Assembly: GCA_041178085.1 (NCBI GenBank)
Contig: JBEGVZ010000043.1
Span: 39,381 to 103,380 of the forward strand
Direction: 5' to 3'
DNA: 64,000 nt
Source of the DNA: Pseudomonadota bacterium
GTDB lineage: Bacteria > Bdellovibrionota_B > Oligoflexia > Oligoflexales > RGVZ01
The position numbers and the translations under genes are program-made. This document shows, one piece after another, positions 47,906 through 57,972 of this stretch. The notes under the pieces were generated by a model. It did no database searches and was not told the DNA's origin. It worked only from the letters and a program-made list of their open reading frames with translations. The stretch's first letter is position 1; the number at the start of each line of letters is the position of its first letter.

Positions 47906-49543
47906 ATGCGCCCCGGCACACAGATCCTCGTGCTCCTTTTGAACCTGTGCGTCTTCGCACTGGCGGGATGCTTGAAGAGAACTTCGCCAAGCTCCGGGGG
48001 CTTGAAGTCGACCACTGAAACGATCTCACAAAAGTGCCAGGCAGATCCTTTCGAATGTTCCGCTTTCCAAATGATGGTCCGGAGCGGTTACATGACCAAC
48101 TGCGCAAAACTCTGGCAGGACACTGGCGCTGAAGTCTATGCATTTGATGAGTTCGACAATGTGCATCACAAAGTCCAGCCTGTCATGAAGGACACCAAAA
48201 CCAGATTGACCACAATCGGGCAATATGTCGACGACGCCAGGACTGCGCTCATGTCAGCAGAAAACGTCGACCAGATGATGACAAACATGGCGAGATCGAA
48301 TAGCGTCAAATTGAATTGGCGCGACATTCCCGTTGGTAGGCGGCCCACTATCATGGGCGGCTCCACGCCTGTTCCGGTAAAATTTTATGCACTCCGAGTC
48401 GATAATAAGCTTCTGAATAAAAAAGAATGGGTCATTTTCCGCACCTTCGTTCCCCCGGAGGTCAAGCGCTCCTTCAGATATTCCAGCGACATCCTGGATC
48501 TGGCCACGGAAGAGTTTTCCAGACAGTGCTATCCTGCGCGTCCGCACAGCGCCGACGATAGCGCTGCATCGATTTCCGAAGTCATCCGGACATTAAATGA
48601 TGCAGACCGTTACCGACGCCAGGCTGAAAATCTCGATGCCCTGTACAAGGGTATGGTCACCTTTGTTGAGGCTGCACCTGGTACGGGAGAAGTCGCAAAG
48701 ATTTACCGTGGATGCTACCTGAAGGAGTCCAGCTGCCTGCGAGCAGCTATTGTGGTAACCGCAAATGTGGCCACCTACGTTGTGCTTGCCCCCGCGACGA
48801 CTTCAGCGGCATTGGGCGCCAAAGGCTACTTGATGGTCACGACCATCGGGGCTGCCGCCAATGCGGCGGAGGGTGGAATTCAAACAACAGAAGCGATCCA
48901 GCAGGGACGAAATGGCCATTGGGGCCTGGCGGCGCTTCATGGCGCCGGCGCTATCCTTCGGTTCACTGCAGCCACAGGGATGGTTCTGGAAGCAACGAAA
49001 GCAGTCACTGAAATGGTGCCCAGCAAGGTTGGTGGCCAAATGCCTGCCCAGCAAGCCACCACTCCCGCAGTTACCGACACCACGATCCAGGATTTTTATC
49101 AGGCCGCGGCATCGTCTCCTGTTTTCAAAAAGAAACTATCCCTTGCAAATCTGCTCTCTGGCGGAAAAAAAGTGACGGTGGATGAGATCCTGCTCGAACT
49201 GCAGCAAAATGCAAAGTTCACGCGTATCGATAGTCTTGCCGGCGCAAGAGTAGACATCACAGATGCCGGGACCTTCGTATTCCAACACAGCGCTGATACC
49301 GGAATTTTTTCGCGCGCCACGGCCCATCACGAGCTTCTGCACTTGGCCCAGTTTCTGCGAAATCCAGCGCTCAAAGTGGAGGCCAACCAATTGTCATTCA
49401 TTGCGCGCCAGGCATACGAACCCATTCCAGCATTGATTGGATCACCGGAAATATTTGGTGCGCCCACCCTGATTGTTGCCGGGGAGGCTGTCTATCTAGC
49501 ATACCAATCTGCAGGCCTGATTTTTAAAGCACTCGATCGATGA
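47906..49543 (+). CDS. hypothetical lipoprotein with hydrophobic central region and C-terminal HExxH motif
   Basis: Lipobox LAGC; HHELLH near the C-terminus. Confidence 0.7.
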   Translation: MRPGTQILVLLLNLCVFALAGCLKRTSPSSGGLKSTTETISQKCQADPFECSAFQMMVRSGYMTNCAKLWQDTGAEVYAFDEFDNVHHKVQPVMKDTKTRLTTIGQYVDDARTALMSAENVDQMMTNMARSNSVKLNWRDIPVGRRPTIMGGSTPVPVKFYALRVDNKLLNKKEWVIFRTFVPPEVKRSFRYSSDILDLATEEFSRQCYPARPHSADDSAASISEVIRTLNDADRYRRQAENLDALYKGMVTFVEAAPGTGEVAKIYRGCYLKESSCLRAAIVVTANVATYVVLAPATTSAALGAKGYLMVTTIGAAANAAEGGIQTTEAIQQGRNGHWGLAALHGAGAILRFTAATGMVLEATKAVTEMVPSKVGGQMPAQQATTPAVTDTTIQDFYQAAASSPVFKKKLSLANLLSGGKKVTVDEILLELQQNAKFTRIDSLAGARVDITDAGTFVFQHSADTGIFSRATAHHELLHLAQFLRNPALKVEANQLSFIARQAYEPIPALIGSPEIFGAPTLIVAGEAVYLAYQSAGLIFKALDR

Positions 49544-49594
49544 GCCACCAGCTAGCTGGCATTTTGATTCGACTGAGGCTTTTCAATGAATCAC

Positions 49595-50701
49595 TCAGCT
49601 AAAGCGTGATCCGATACCATCAGCCTCTTTAATCGCTTCTGCGACCATCTTTGCATCTACCCTGAACGGCTCGTTGTGGATTGTTTCTCCTGGCTGGCAG
49701 GTACGCTCGCCAATCAAGAGAAGATCCGCGGGTAAAGGGTTTAAGATTCCAATTTGGCGAAGACTGGTCGGCAGACCGACGGAGCGGCTGAACTTTAGCA
49801 CTTCCTCGATTTCCTGCATGGGCGCAGATTCGAGAACCAGCTGGACGATTACACCGAAGGCGACTTTTTCCCCATGATAAAAGTCGTGAGTGGCCGGCAA
49901 CGCTGTCAGGCCATTATGAACTGCGTGAGCTGCGGCCAGACCAGAAGACTCAAAACCCAGGCCGGATAGTAGCGTATTGGCCTCGATCAGACGCTCAAGG
50001 GAAGCATTTGACTTTTGGTTCAGGACGGCGGTTATGGCCGCTTCGCCGTCCGACAAAAGAGTCTTGTAACATAGCTCCGCCAGGGCAAGGGCCGACATTG
50101 TGCTGGCGCCCCCTCGCATGTTCCTGACTTTGTTCGCTGCACAAGTCCTTGCCTCAAACCAGGTCGCCAGCGCATCTCCCATGCCGGCCACCAAGAGCCT
50201 GGATGGCGCACGCGCAACGACATCCGAGTCGACCAGAACAAGATCGGGGTTGCGGCGCAGGATTCGATATTCAGACACTTCGCCATTAGAGTGATAGACG
50301 ACCGAGAGGGCGCTGCACGGCGCATCACTGGATGCCAAGGTCGGCGCGCTGCAGAAACCAATTCCCAAAGATGCCGCTGCCGCCCGGGCAGCGTCCAACA
50401 CCTTGCCTCCACCGCTGCCCACGATCACGTCAGCGGCCTGCTGCCTGGCGCGGAACTCGATCGCAAGAATTTCTTCCGCGGTGCATTCCCCACTAAAGGC
50501 ATGTACTTGAAACTTCAGTCCCGCGGCAGCGAAGGTCTTCTCCCAAATTGCTGATAGCAACCTGGCAGCACTGCTGCTGGCAACAATCAGCACCGAACCC
50601 GAGAATCCGAGATATTTGAGTTCCCCGGCGAGAAATCCAGTGGCTCCTGGTCCCTGGACATAACGGGACGGGGAGGAAAAAACAGAAAGACCTGATGCCA
50701 T
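49595..50701 (-). CDS. gldA: glycerol dehydrogenase
   Basis: SPSRYVQG, GGGKVLD, DAPCSALSV, GMGDALATWFEA, GFESSGLAAAHAVHNG, HGEKVAFG. Confidence 0.92.
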   Translation of the reverse strand: MASGLSVFSSPSRYVQGPGATGFLAGELKYLGFSGSVLIVASSSAARLLSAIWEKTFAAAGLKFQVHAFSGECTAEEILAIEFRARQQAADVIVGSGGGKVLDAARAAAASLGIGFCSAPTLASSDAPCSALSVVYHSNGEVSEYRILRRNPDLVLVDSDVVARAPSRLLVAGMGDALATWFEARTCAANKVRNMRGGASTMSALALAELCYKTLLSDGEAAITAVLNQKSNASLERLIEANTLLSGLGFESSGLAAAHAVHNGLTALPATHDFYHGEKVAFGVIVQLVLESAPMQEIEEVLKFSRSVGLPTSLRQIGILNPLPADLLLIGERTCQPGETIHNEPFRVDAKMVAEAIKEADGIGSRFS

Positions 50702-50886
50702 GATGCCTCCATCAACTGCCCCCACCCAGTGGTGACGGCTTGCAGGTAACATCGCACAATTGCTTGCGAAATGACGGATTACACTACCACAGCCCGTGGA
50801 ATACACCTGTTCATGATGCAACTACCTGATTCCAGGGAACAAAAACACCATCCATGCACAACGGATGGGGGCAGTTGAAATTCGGC

Positions 50887-51297
50887 TCATGGAGCTCCGC
50901 AATTCAACCATTCTCGGAAAAGCGCCCTCTCGGAGGGGGACACTGGAACAGACGGCGGCATGGAGCCATTCTCCGGCGCCGCGACACGTAGCATCACCAC
51001 ACGCTGGGTGAGGGCGTCAGACGCTGAATCGAAATTGACGCCTTCGGGAGCGCCAAGTCGGGCTGCACCGGTCAACGATGCCGAATGGCAGGAGGCACAG
51101 TATTTTCGGGTATATGCACGACCAAAATTGCCCCACGAAAGCGAAGTCCCATTGGGACATTCGAGGTTTACTGGCACTTTCACCGGCGTGTTGGAACCTG
51201 ACGCCTGGGGTTCAGGATCCTCAGGGCTCACTTTACGACCACAGTTCGTCGCAACCAGAGCGGCAAGAAAAAAAATCGAAAGAGCCGTGCGTTTCAT
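50887..51297 (-). CDS. c-type cytochrome lipoprotein
   Basis: Lipobox ATNC, CASCH, MPP distal ligand, W..CGAP. Confidence 0.85.
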   Translation of the reverse strand: MKRTALSIFFLAALVATNCGRKVSPEDPEPQASGSNTPVKVPVNLECPNGTSLSWGNFGRAYTRKYCASCHSASLTGAARLGAPEGVNFDSASDALTQRVVMLRVAAPENGSMPPSVPVSPSERALFREWLNCGAP

Positions 51298-52541
51298 CGT
51301 CCACCCTCAAGTATCCCGGAGATCGGCTGGGCCGACGTCCAACGCCGGTAATCGACACCACCCAGGACCAGCATTGCAGCCCAGGCGTTGGCTGGGGTAA
51401 CGCGAATCAAGTCACCCGTTGTGTAGCCGAAACGGGGATCAATCTTGACTCCGCGCCCATGATCGTCAAAGGCACCGACCTTCCCCATCTTGATCCCGTC
51501 GCCCCAGACCAGGATGCTGCCATAAGGCCAAGGATCTTTTCCGCTGCGTGAATTCAGCCATGGAGTCAGACCGGTATTGCCAGAGACCACGACGACAAGT
51601 TCAGATTGGATCCCGAGTGCGTAAGCATCCTGAACGATCTTGTCCAGTCCGCTAAAAAGAGACTGAAGCAAGGCCGACTGCCCGGTGAAGTGATTGGCCC
51701 TGGTGGCAAACTCCATCGATCCGCCCACTCTGATCATGGCGGCGAGGCTCTTGCCCTGGGCAAACATTCTGAGAGCCGCCCGTGCCTGGCTCACAAACAA
51801 TGGATCACCAGCGGAGTACCCGCCGCTCCATGCGCCAGGAATGCTCGCAGCAAAAACCTGCTGGAAGCGGAACTGACGGTCCATCACGCGGGCGTCCAAC
51901 TGGTCGGCGCTGCCGCTTCGCATCGTCACTCCAAGCGCCGTGAAGTCCTTGCGCAAGTCGCGGAAGATTCGGTCGGTGACCGACACCGGGAGGGTTGGGG
52001 AAGCGGGGCTTGTCGACAAGTATTGCGCAGGAACCCGGCCGATCAGAGATTCGTCCTCGACATCGCCTGACGCGTTCGTTCCTGGGAACGCCAAAACCGG
52101 CACGGGCCGTCCCTTGCCGATGTCCTGGGCATAAGCCGCCAGCCAGTTGCGGGGCTTCCTGTTTTTCAGGGACACAAGATTCGTATTCGATAATCCACGG
52201 GCAAAATCCCCGCCTGTCGCTGGATCGAATCCAATTCCGTTCAGCGCTGAAGTCTTCGCGCCCCATTGATCAAAAAAAGCATCGACCGCGGAACGGGCGG
52301 GATTCGATACATGAGAAAACCCTGACGCGGCAACACGGGCAGCACTCCCTGCTTCGACTGCGAACACTCCCGAAGCGCCTTTCCAATCCACAACCATCGA
52401 TGGATCAAAACCACCTTCGCAGATCAAGTGCAGAAAAACCTTCGGCCTTACTGCCAGGGATTGGGAGGCTGGCATCCAAAGAACCAACACGATCCACAAT
52501 GCAGCAATTTTTCCGATTTGATTTCGCATGAGACCTTGCAC
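51294..52541 (-). CDS. DUF1501-like exported protein
   Basis: GGFDP motif, TPWLN..GKDPWP, GAFDDHG; context next to cytochrome c and a DUF1588-like protein. Confidence 0.7.
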   Translation of the reverse strand: MQGLMRNQIGKIAALWIVLVLWMPASQSLAVRPKVFLHLICEGGFDPSMVVDWKGASGVFAVEAGSAARVAASGFSHVSNPARSAVDAFFDQWGAKTSALNGIGFDPATGGDFARGLSNTNLVSLKNRKPRNWLAAYAQDIGKGRPVPVLAFPGTNASGDVEDESLIGRVPAQYLSTSPASPTLPVSVTDRIFRDLRKDFTALGVTMRSGSADQLDARVMDRQFRFQQVFAASIPGAWSGGYSAGDPLFVSQARAALRMFAQGKSLAAMIRVGGSMEFATRANHFTGQSALLQSLFSGLDKIVQDAYALGIQSELVVVVSGNTGLTPWLNSRSGKDPWPYGSILVWGDGIKMGKVGAFDDHGRGVKIDPRFGYTTGDLIRVTPANAWAAMLVLGGVDYRRWTSAQPISGILEGGR

Positions 52542-52581
52542 CGATGGCCCTTTCGTTCACATCATCTGGCAACCAGTCAAT

Positions 52582-55554
52582 TCAGTAAGCCAGGAAAAGT
52601 GGGCTCACAATCAAGGATGCCAGCATGGCGGTCAACCCGTCCAATTCAGGCTGAACAGATGAGGAAGCCGCGATTGCCTCCGCGTACAACGATTCAAGAT
52701 CGGACCGACGCGCGCTTGTCGGAGTGTTGCCTGTCCATTTTTCCCAGATCGTTGCCATTGCAGCTGCGCCCGAGGCTGCGTCGATCGTCGCAGGATCCGA
52801 AATCGACGAGAAAACGCCGCGCTGCCCCTGGGTCACTCCCGGTGCAAACTCTGCTGCGACAATCGCCGATGCTGCGCCCACCCCGTATTCCCAGACATCT
52901 CCCGCGTAGTCGATGCGCAGGGGGTAACTGGACGAACTGGATGAAAAACCGCTATTGACGGATGCTTTGGCCATCATTGAATCCAGAGCCGGCGCAGCCA
53001 GGGGGGCTTGTTGCCGGAGGGCCGTAAGAAGTTTGGCCGGATCTCGCCACCGTGTTTTTCGCACCGCGGCCTCGGCGGACGATACCTTGCTGTTCGAGAG
53101 TGTCGCACCAGCAGTGTTTGCTGGGGATTTGACGATCCCGCCAAACCATTCCGCAACAGAACCATCACCCGCCATTCCGTAGGCCGCAATAATGGACATG
53201 CGCGCGCCGTCCCGTTCGGGGTTAGCCGGTCTTTGAACAAGCGATTCCAGAACACGTTGCGAAAGGCAGGTTCGCAACGCCTCGTCGGCAAACAAGTTTG
53301 CCGAAAGTTCGCTCCATGAAGCCGTCGCAGAACCGAACCAATGCGCCGGGAAATTACCTCCGGCTGAGCCATCAAAACTCCTGTATGCAGCCATGCCGCC
53401 AGCGTTTGCCGTGCCAAGAAGCAACTTTCCTGCAGCCTGAACAGGCACGTGACACCCGCGACAGGATGAAGAGGACGTCTTCAGGGCAGCCAGACCCGAG
53501 GCCGAAAGAGAACTGGTATCCAGTGCAGAAAAATCATGGGCGTCCGCAGCTGACATGGATGTGCAGCGAAGCTGTTCAAGAATCCTCGCACCAGGACGAT
53601 CTTCTGGATGATCCGCGGCACCACCAAGAGTCCCGCCAGAGGCGACAAACGCCTGCGTCGACAGAATTCCCATCGCCGGCCTGCCATCCGCATAATTGAA
53701 ACCTACTTCACTCCGCCCAGGGAACGACGGCGCACCTGCTGTCTTCCCCCACAGCGTCACAACGGACGGATCGGCAACGGAGGAAGATCCCCGAAAAATT
53801 TCGTTCAAGTCGCGCTGGTCATCGCGCAGCAAGACCTCAAAGAACAAATTTGCCTCGGCGGCAATCATGGATTTCATGGCTGGGGTAAGCGTTGAGGAAA
53901 GCCCCGAATCCGTCAGGGCAAGATGATCAAGATCGGCCAGAGCATTGCCTCGAACGCCCATTGCCGCGGCCAGATACCGGGACGCCGCCTGGGGAAACCG
54001 CGGCGACTGCATGGCTATGTTGACCCCGGCTGCCGTTCCCGAGGCGGCGATGACAGCCTCAATGGCAGTCGATTCAAGGGAGTCATTCAGATCGAAAGCG
54101 AGGCGGCGAGCCAATGGCTTTGCACCCAGCACATCAAGGCTCGCAAAAGCAGGCGCATAGGGCGGCACAAGATCAGGATTCTTCGGCTTCTCCGTTATCG
54201 GGACTTCGCCCTTCCGCCCGCAGGATATGAGTGAGCCACCAAACACACCCGCCAGCGGCAAGAACATCAGCAGGAAAAGTCCGAGTTTGACCAGAGACCC
54301 TCGCGGCTTGGCATATTTCGGATCGATACGTTTTGGGGGAGTCTTGCCAAGCCCGTCTTTGGAACAAATCAGATAGCTGAAACCAGGTGGTGCCTTCTTG
54401 CCGCCGCGCCCCGCTGGAGCCGTCGGCTTTCCCACCACCACAGAAACATCGGCCCCAAGTGCGGGAGCGCGCCGGAACAACTTGCGTGCCAATTCAGGCG
54501 ACGCCATCACGAACAGGGCTGAATTCAACTTCGTGTGGGCAATCCCGGTCGCGGACTCAATCTGGGCGTACGCCACGGGCTTGCGCCAAGCACCCTCACT
54601 GAAGCACCAGTCGCGACGCGGTTGGTGTCCCGCCGACGGTTCGGCCAGCATCGGACACTCTGTAACACTTGGCGAACATGGATAAAGGCTGACCCACCCT
54701 TCACGACAAAGCGAGTCACGCAGCTCCATTGCCCCCCAGGCCATCTCATCTGTAGCGGGCTCGGCCAGCAACAACAATGCATCCTTGCTGCTACGCGCAT
54801 AGTCAACGAGCCGGTCAAAGACACGTTTTTTGGCTCGAGGATCCAGAACCAACTCGTTCCAGACGTAACCCAGGATACAGACATCCAGGGTTGCATTGCC
54901 TTTTCGTTCTGGCGTACGCGCCGCATGATCGGCCGTTGCCTGGTGGGATTCAAAAAGATCGAAATCAATCTGGTCAAGCATGCCGGGAACTGCGTCGACA
55001 TAAACTGATGGCGAGGCAGCTCTTGACGCAAAACTCTTCTTCACGCGCGCGATGCCTTCGGCTGCGATTGCCAGCAAGGAGTCACTTGCGTCGATCAAGT
55101 GGACGGAATTTCGCGCCAGCTGCAATTCCGACAACCAAACCTGGGACCATGCACCAGATCCGCACCCCAGGTCGAAGATCCGCTGGTGTTGGAAATCCGC
55201 TGCGAACAGATCCGCAAGCCGTTTGACTCCGGCACGCTGAACAAGTCGCCTCACCAGAAGCGTTGCCCTTGCAGCATTCGGCAAGTGAAAGCCGGTCAGG
55301 TAGGCTTCCGCATCGCGCGGGTCTGCCAGCAGCTCGGCCGTGATCTGGTCCCGCCGCGAGGTGAAAATCCTCCAAAGCTCCTTGAAACGGGTCTGATTGC
55401 GGCGCATCCGGGCCTCATCCCCCACCCCCGCCAAATCCCGCCACGCCGCCAAAACAGGTGGCGGGATGTCGACGCTACCGCCACCAACCGACCTGCGCGA
55501 AATGGCAACATCCCGTTTTTTATCAATATTTCGGTTTTTTTGAGGTTTCGTCAT
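52582..55554 (-). CDS. fusion: Rsm22/METTL17-like SAM methyltransferase + TM/lipobox + DUF1588-like CxxCH domain
   Basis: AYL..F..PN, DLGCGSG, EPA, YPC.....CP, WCF, LIC; then a hydrophobic stretch ending LISC; RRLAFDL, GILSTQAF, CRGCH. Confidence 0.75.
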   Translation of the reverse strand: MTKPQKNRNIDKKRDVAISRRSVGGGSVDIPPPVLAAWRDLAGVGDEARMRRNQTRFKELWRIFTSRRDQITAELLADPRDAEAYLTGFHLPNAARATLLVRRLVQRAGVKRLADLFAADFQHQRIFDLGCGSGAWSQVWLSELQLARNSVHLIDASDSLLAIAAEGIARVKKSFASRAASPSVYVDAVPGMLDQIDFDLFESHQATADHAARTPERKGNATLDVCILGYVWNELVLDPRAKKRVFDRLVDYARSSKDALLLLAEPATDEMAWGAMELRDSLCREGWVSLYPCSPSVTECPMLAEPSAGHQPRRDWCFSEGAWRKPVAYAQIESATGIAHTKLNSALFVMASPELARKLFRRAPALGADVSVVVGKPTAPAGRGGKKAPPGFSYLICSKDGLGKTPPKRIDPKYAKPRGSLVKLGLFLLMFLPLAGVFGGSLISCGRKGEVPITEKPKNPDLVPPYAPAFASLDVLGAKPLARRLAFDLNDSLESTAIEAVIAASGTAAGVNIAMQSPRFPQAASRYLAAAMGVRGNALADLDHLALTDSGLSSTLTPAMKSMIAAEANLFFEVLLRDDQRDLNEIFRGSSSVADPSVVTLWGKTAGAPSFPGRSEVGFNYADGRPAMGILSTQAFVASGGTLGGAADHPEDRPGARILEQLRCTSMSAADAHDFSALDTSSLSASGLAALKTSSSSCRGCHVPVQAAGKLLLGTANAGGMAAYRSFDGSAGGNFPAHWFGSATASWSELSANLFADEALRTCLSQRVLESLVQRPANPERDGARMSIIAAYGMAGDGSVAEWFGGIVKSPANTAGATLSNSKVSSAEAAVRKTRWRDPAKLLTALRQQAPLAAPALDSMMAKASVNSGFSSSSSSYPLRIDYAGDVWEYGVGAASAIVAAEFAPGVTQGQRGVFSSISDPATIDAASGAAAMATIWEKWTGNTPTSARRSDLESLYAEAIAASSSVQPELDGLTAMLASLIVSPLFLAY

Positions 55555-55640
55555 TGCTGGACCTGGACCGCCGTACATGCTAACAGGTTGGATTACCTGT
55601 AGGTTTTGAGTTTGCGTACCCCAAGCTTATCAAAATTCAT

Positions 55641-56564
55641 GTGAGGTTGGCCTTGTCTCAATTGCCGGAACAGCAAGAACCGCTGCACATAAAAAAGCCA
55701 GCATGGCTGAAGACGCCGATTCCGGGTGGCGAGACATACTTCAACATCAAGCGGGATCTGCGCGACCGCAAACTCTTCACCGTCTGTGAAGAAGCAAAAT
55801 GTCCCAACATCTCGCAGTGCTGGAACACCAACACGGCGACCTTCATGATCCTGGGCGATACCTGCACACGCGGCTGCCGCTTTTGCAATATCAAAACCGG
55901 GAACCCGGGTGGCTGGATTGATGCCAACGAGCCAGCACAGGTTGCTGAAAGCGCACGCCTGATGAAACTGAAGTATGTTGTCATCACCATGGTCGACCGG
56001 GACGACCTTGCCGATGGTGGTTCCGCCCACGTGTGCAAGGTGATCGAAGCGGTGAAGGAAGCGAACCCAGGTATCGTGACTGAACTTCTTGCCGGCGACT
56101 TCCGCGGCGACGACGCTTCATTGATGCGTATTCTTGGCGCCCAACCTGAAGTCTATGCGCACAACATCGAGACCATCGAACGCCTTACCCCGCGTGTCCG
56201 CGACGCCCGTGCTGGATATCGCCAGTCGCTCGCAGTATTGAAACGCACCAAGCAACTCGCCGATTATCCGGTACTGACCAAGAGCGCGCTGATGCTTGGA
56301 TTGGGCGAAGAGATTGCTGAAGTCGAAGCTGCCCTGCGGGACCTTCGCGAGCACGATGTGGATCTCGTGACCATCGGGCAATACATGCGACCGACCAAAA
56401 AACACCTGTCGATCAAAAGGTGGGTGACGCCAGAGGAGTTCAATCACCTGGCGGACTATGCTCGCGCAATCGGCTTCAAAGCTGCAGTATCTGGCCCACT
56501 GGTGCGTAGCTCGTACCGTGCGCGTGAGTTCTACGAGGACGCCACAGGAAGCAAACTCGTCTGA
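55641..56564 (+). CDS. lipA: lipoyl synthase
   Basis: KPAWLK, TVCEEAKCPNISQCW, CTRGCRFC, HNIET, GQYMRP, VRSSY. Confidence 0.97.
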   Translation: MRLALSQLPEQQEPLHIKKPAWLKTPIPGGETYFNIKRDLRDRKLFTVCEEAKCPNISQCWNTNTATFMILGDTCTRGCRFCNIKTGNPGGWIDANEPAQVAESARLMKLKYVVITMVDRDDLADGGSAHVCKVIEAVKEANPGIVTELLAGDFRGDDASLMRILGAQPEVYAHNIETIERLTPRVRDARAGYRQSLAVLKRTKQLADYPVLTKSALMLGLGEEIAEVEAALRDLREHDVDLVTIGQYMRPTKKHLSIKRWVTPEEFNHLADYARAIGFKAAVSGPLVRSSYRAREFYEDATGSKLV

Positions 56565-57439
56565 TGGCTATCATCTTTCGCGTGCTGATAACTGTCCTCG
56601 GGGCAATGCCGGCTTGTGTCGCTGAGTGTCTCGCCAGCGGAATCGGCTGGCTCAGCACCCGGTTACCGTCAAAGCGACTTCGCTTGATGAAACGCAACGT
56701 CGATCAAGTCCTCGGGCTGGCACCGCATACTTCATTCGCACAGACTTTTTACGCGCAGGTTTTTTCCTCGCAAATTCGTTGCCTGATCGACACCTGCCGC
56801 GGTGTCATCTGGCCAGGTAGTGTGCAAATTGAGGATGGCAATGACTGGGTTGACCTGGTCCGTCGCCTGGAAAGCGATGGTCGTGGCATCATCTTCATGG
56901 CTGCACACATCGGTTCCTGGGAACTAGCGGCCAACAAGATTGCTGCGACTTGTTCCCGCCACGTGCGTGTGCTGGCCAAACGCCCCAAAGTTCCCGGTGG
57001 AGCTGCAGCCCTGGAATGGCTACGTGGAAAGTCCGGGGTCAGCGTCCTTTGGAGCCACAAGAAATCCTTGGTGAAGGATATGATGAGCGCCCTGCGCAAG
57101 GGTGAACACCTGGGCATGGTCGTCGACCAGAAGCCCGAGGGACGGGTCGGCGATACCGTCCAGTTTTTCAACCGTCCTGTGGCCTTCGTAACCGGGCCTG
57201 CCTCCATGAGCCTGCGTTGCGATGCAGTGATTGTCTCCGTTGCGGTGGTCCGTACGGGAATGCGTCGCTTCAGGTTGATGGGGCGTCTGGTCTTTGATCC
57301 GCGATCTGCGCGTGATTTGAGCGGCGAACAGGAAGCCGTCCATGTCTCCCAACTCTGCACAGACGAAATAGAGCAGTGGATCCGCTTGTATCCAGAGCAG
57401 TGGACATGGGAATATAAGCGCTGGATTTTCAACACCTGA
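56564..57439 (+). CDS. lipid A / lysophospholipid acyltransferase (LpxL/HtrB family)
   Basis: HIGSWE, DQ, FF, PEQWTW..KRW. Confidence 0.88.
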   Translation: MAIIFRVLITVLGAMPACVAECLASGIGWLSTRLPSKRLRLMKRNVDQVLGLAPHTSFAQTFYAQVFSSQIRCLIDTCRGVIWPGSVQIEDGNDWVDLVRRLESDGRGIIFMAAHIGSWELAANKIAATCSRHVRVLAKRPKVPGGAAALEWLRGKSGVSVLWSHKKSLVKDMMSALRKGEHLGMVVDQKPEGRVGDTVQFFNRPVAFVTGPASMSLRCDAVIVSVAVVRTGMRRFRLMGRLVFDPRSARDLSGEQEAVHVSQLCTDEIEQWIRLYPEQWTWEYKRWIFNT

Positions 57440-57452
57440 CGGAAGCCACCCC

Positions 57453-57971
57453 ATGTTCTTGCGCTACCTTGCCCAGGGCCTTGCACTGGCCGCCGTTTGC
57501 CTGCCGCAGGCATCGGGACCGGCATTTGTCGCAGGCTTTTTGGTTATGGTCAGTGCGCTCATGGTCCATATTTTCTTCGAATGGGTTCGGCCCGATGAAG
57601 TTGACTCCGGGGATTCCTCAAGCCAATCAGGTAAACTACAGGCTGCCACTGCCACCCGTTATCCTGACCTTGCTTTCGCGTTTGTCTTCACTTCGGGCGC
57701 TTTGATCGCATGTGCTGCGACGTCCTATTCCCTCGCCGCGTTCCTGACGATGTTCATCGCCTGGCAAATTGTCCGGGGCAAGGACCATATCCACGGACCT
57801 GCTGACTTCCTGCCTGATCCTGCGGCATTGCTCCACGGAACGGCCCAGAATTTAACAGCAATAGTGAAGCGACAGCGTAGGATCACTCTGCCCAGCACTT
57901 TTAAAAAATGGCTGCCGTGGCTTGTGCCACTGGCAACCTTGATCATTCCCATTGCCAGAAAGGTCGCCTGA
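57453..57971 (+). CDS. hypothetical membrane protein
   Basis: Several hydrophobic segments; lies within the operon. Confidence 0.6.
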   Translation: MFLRYLAQGLALAAVCLPQASGPAFVAGFLVMVSALMVHIFFEWVRPDEVDSGDSSSQSGKLQAATATRYPDLAFAFVFTSGALIACAATSYSLAAFLTMFIAWQIVRGKDHIHGPADFLPDPAALLHGTAQNLTAIVKRQRRITLPSTFKKWLPWLVPLATLIIPIARKVA

Positions 57972-57972
57972 A

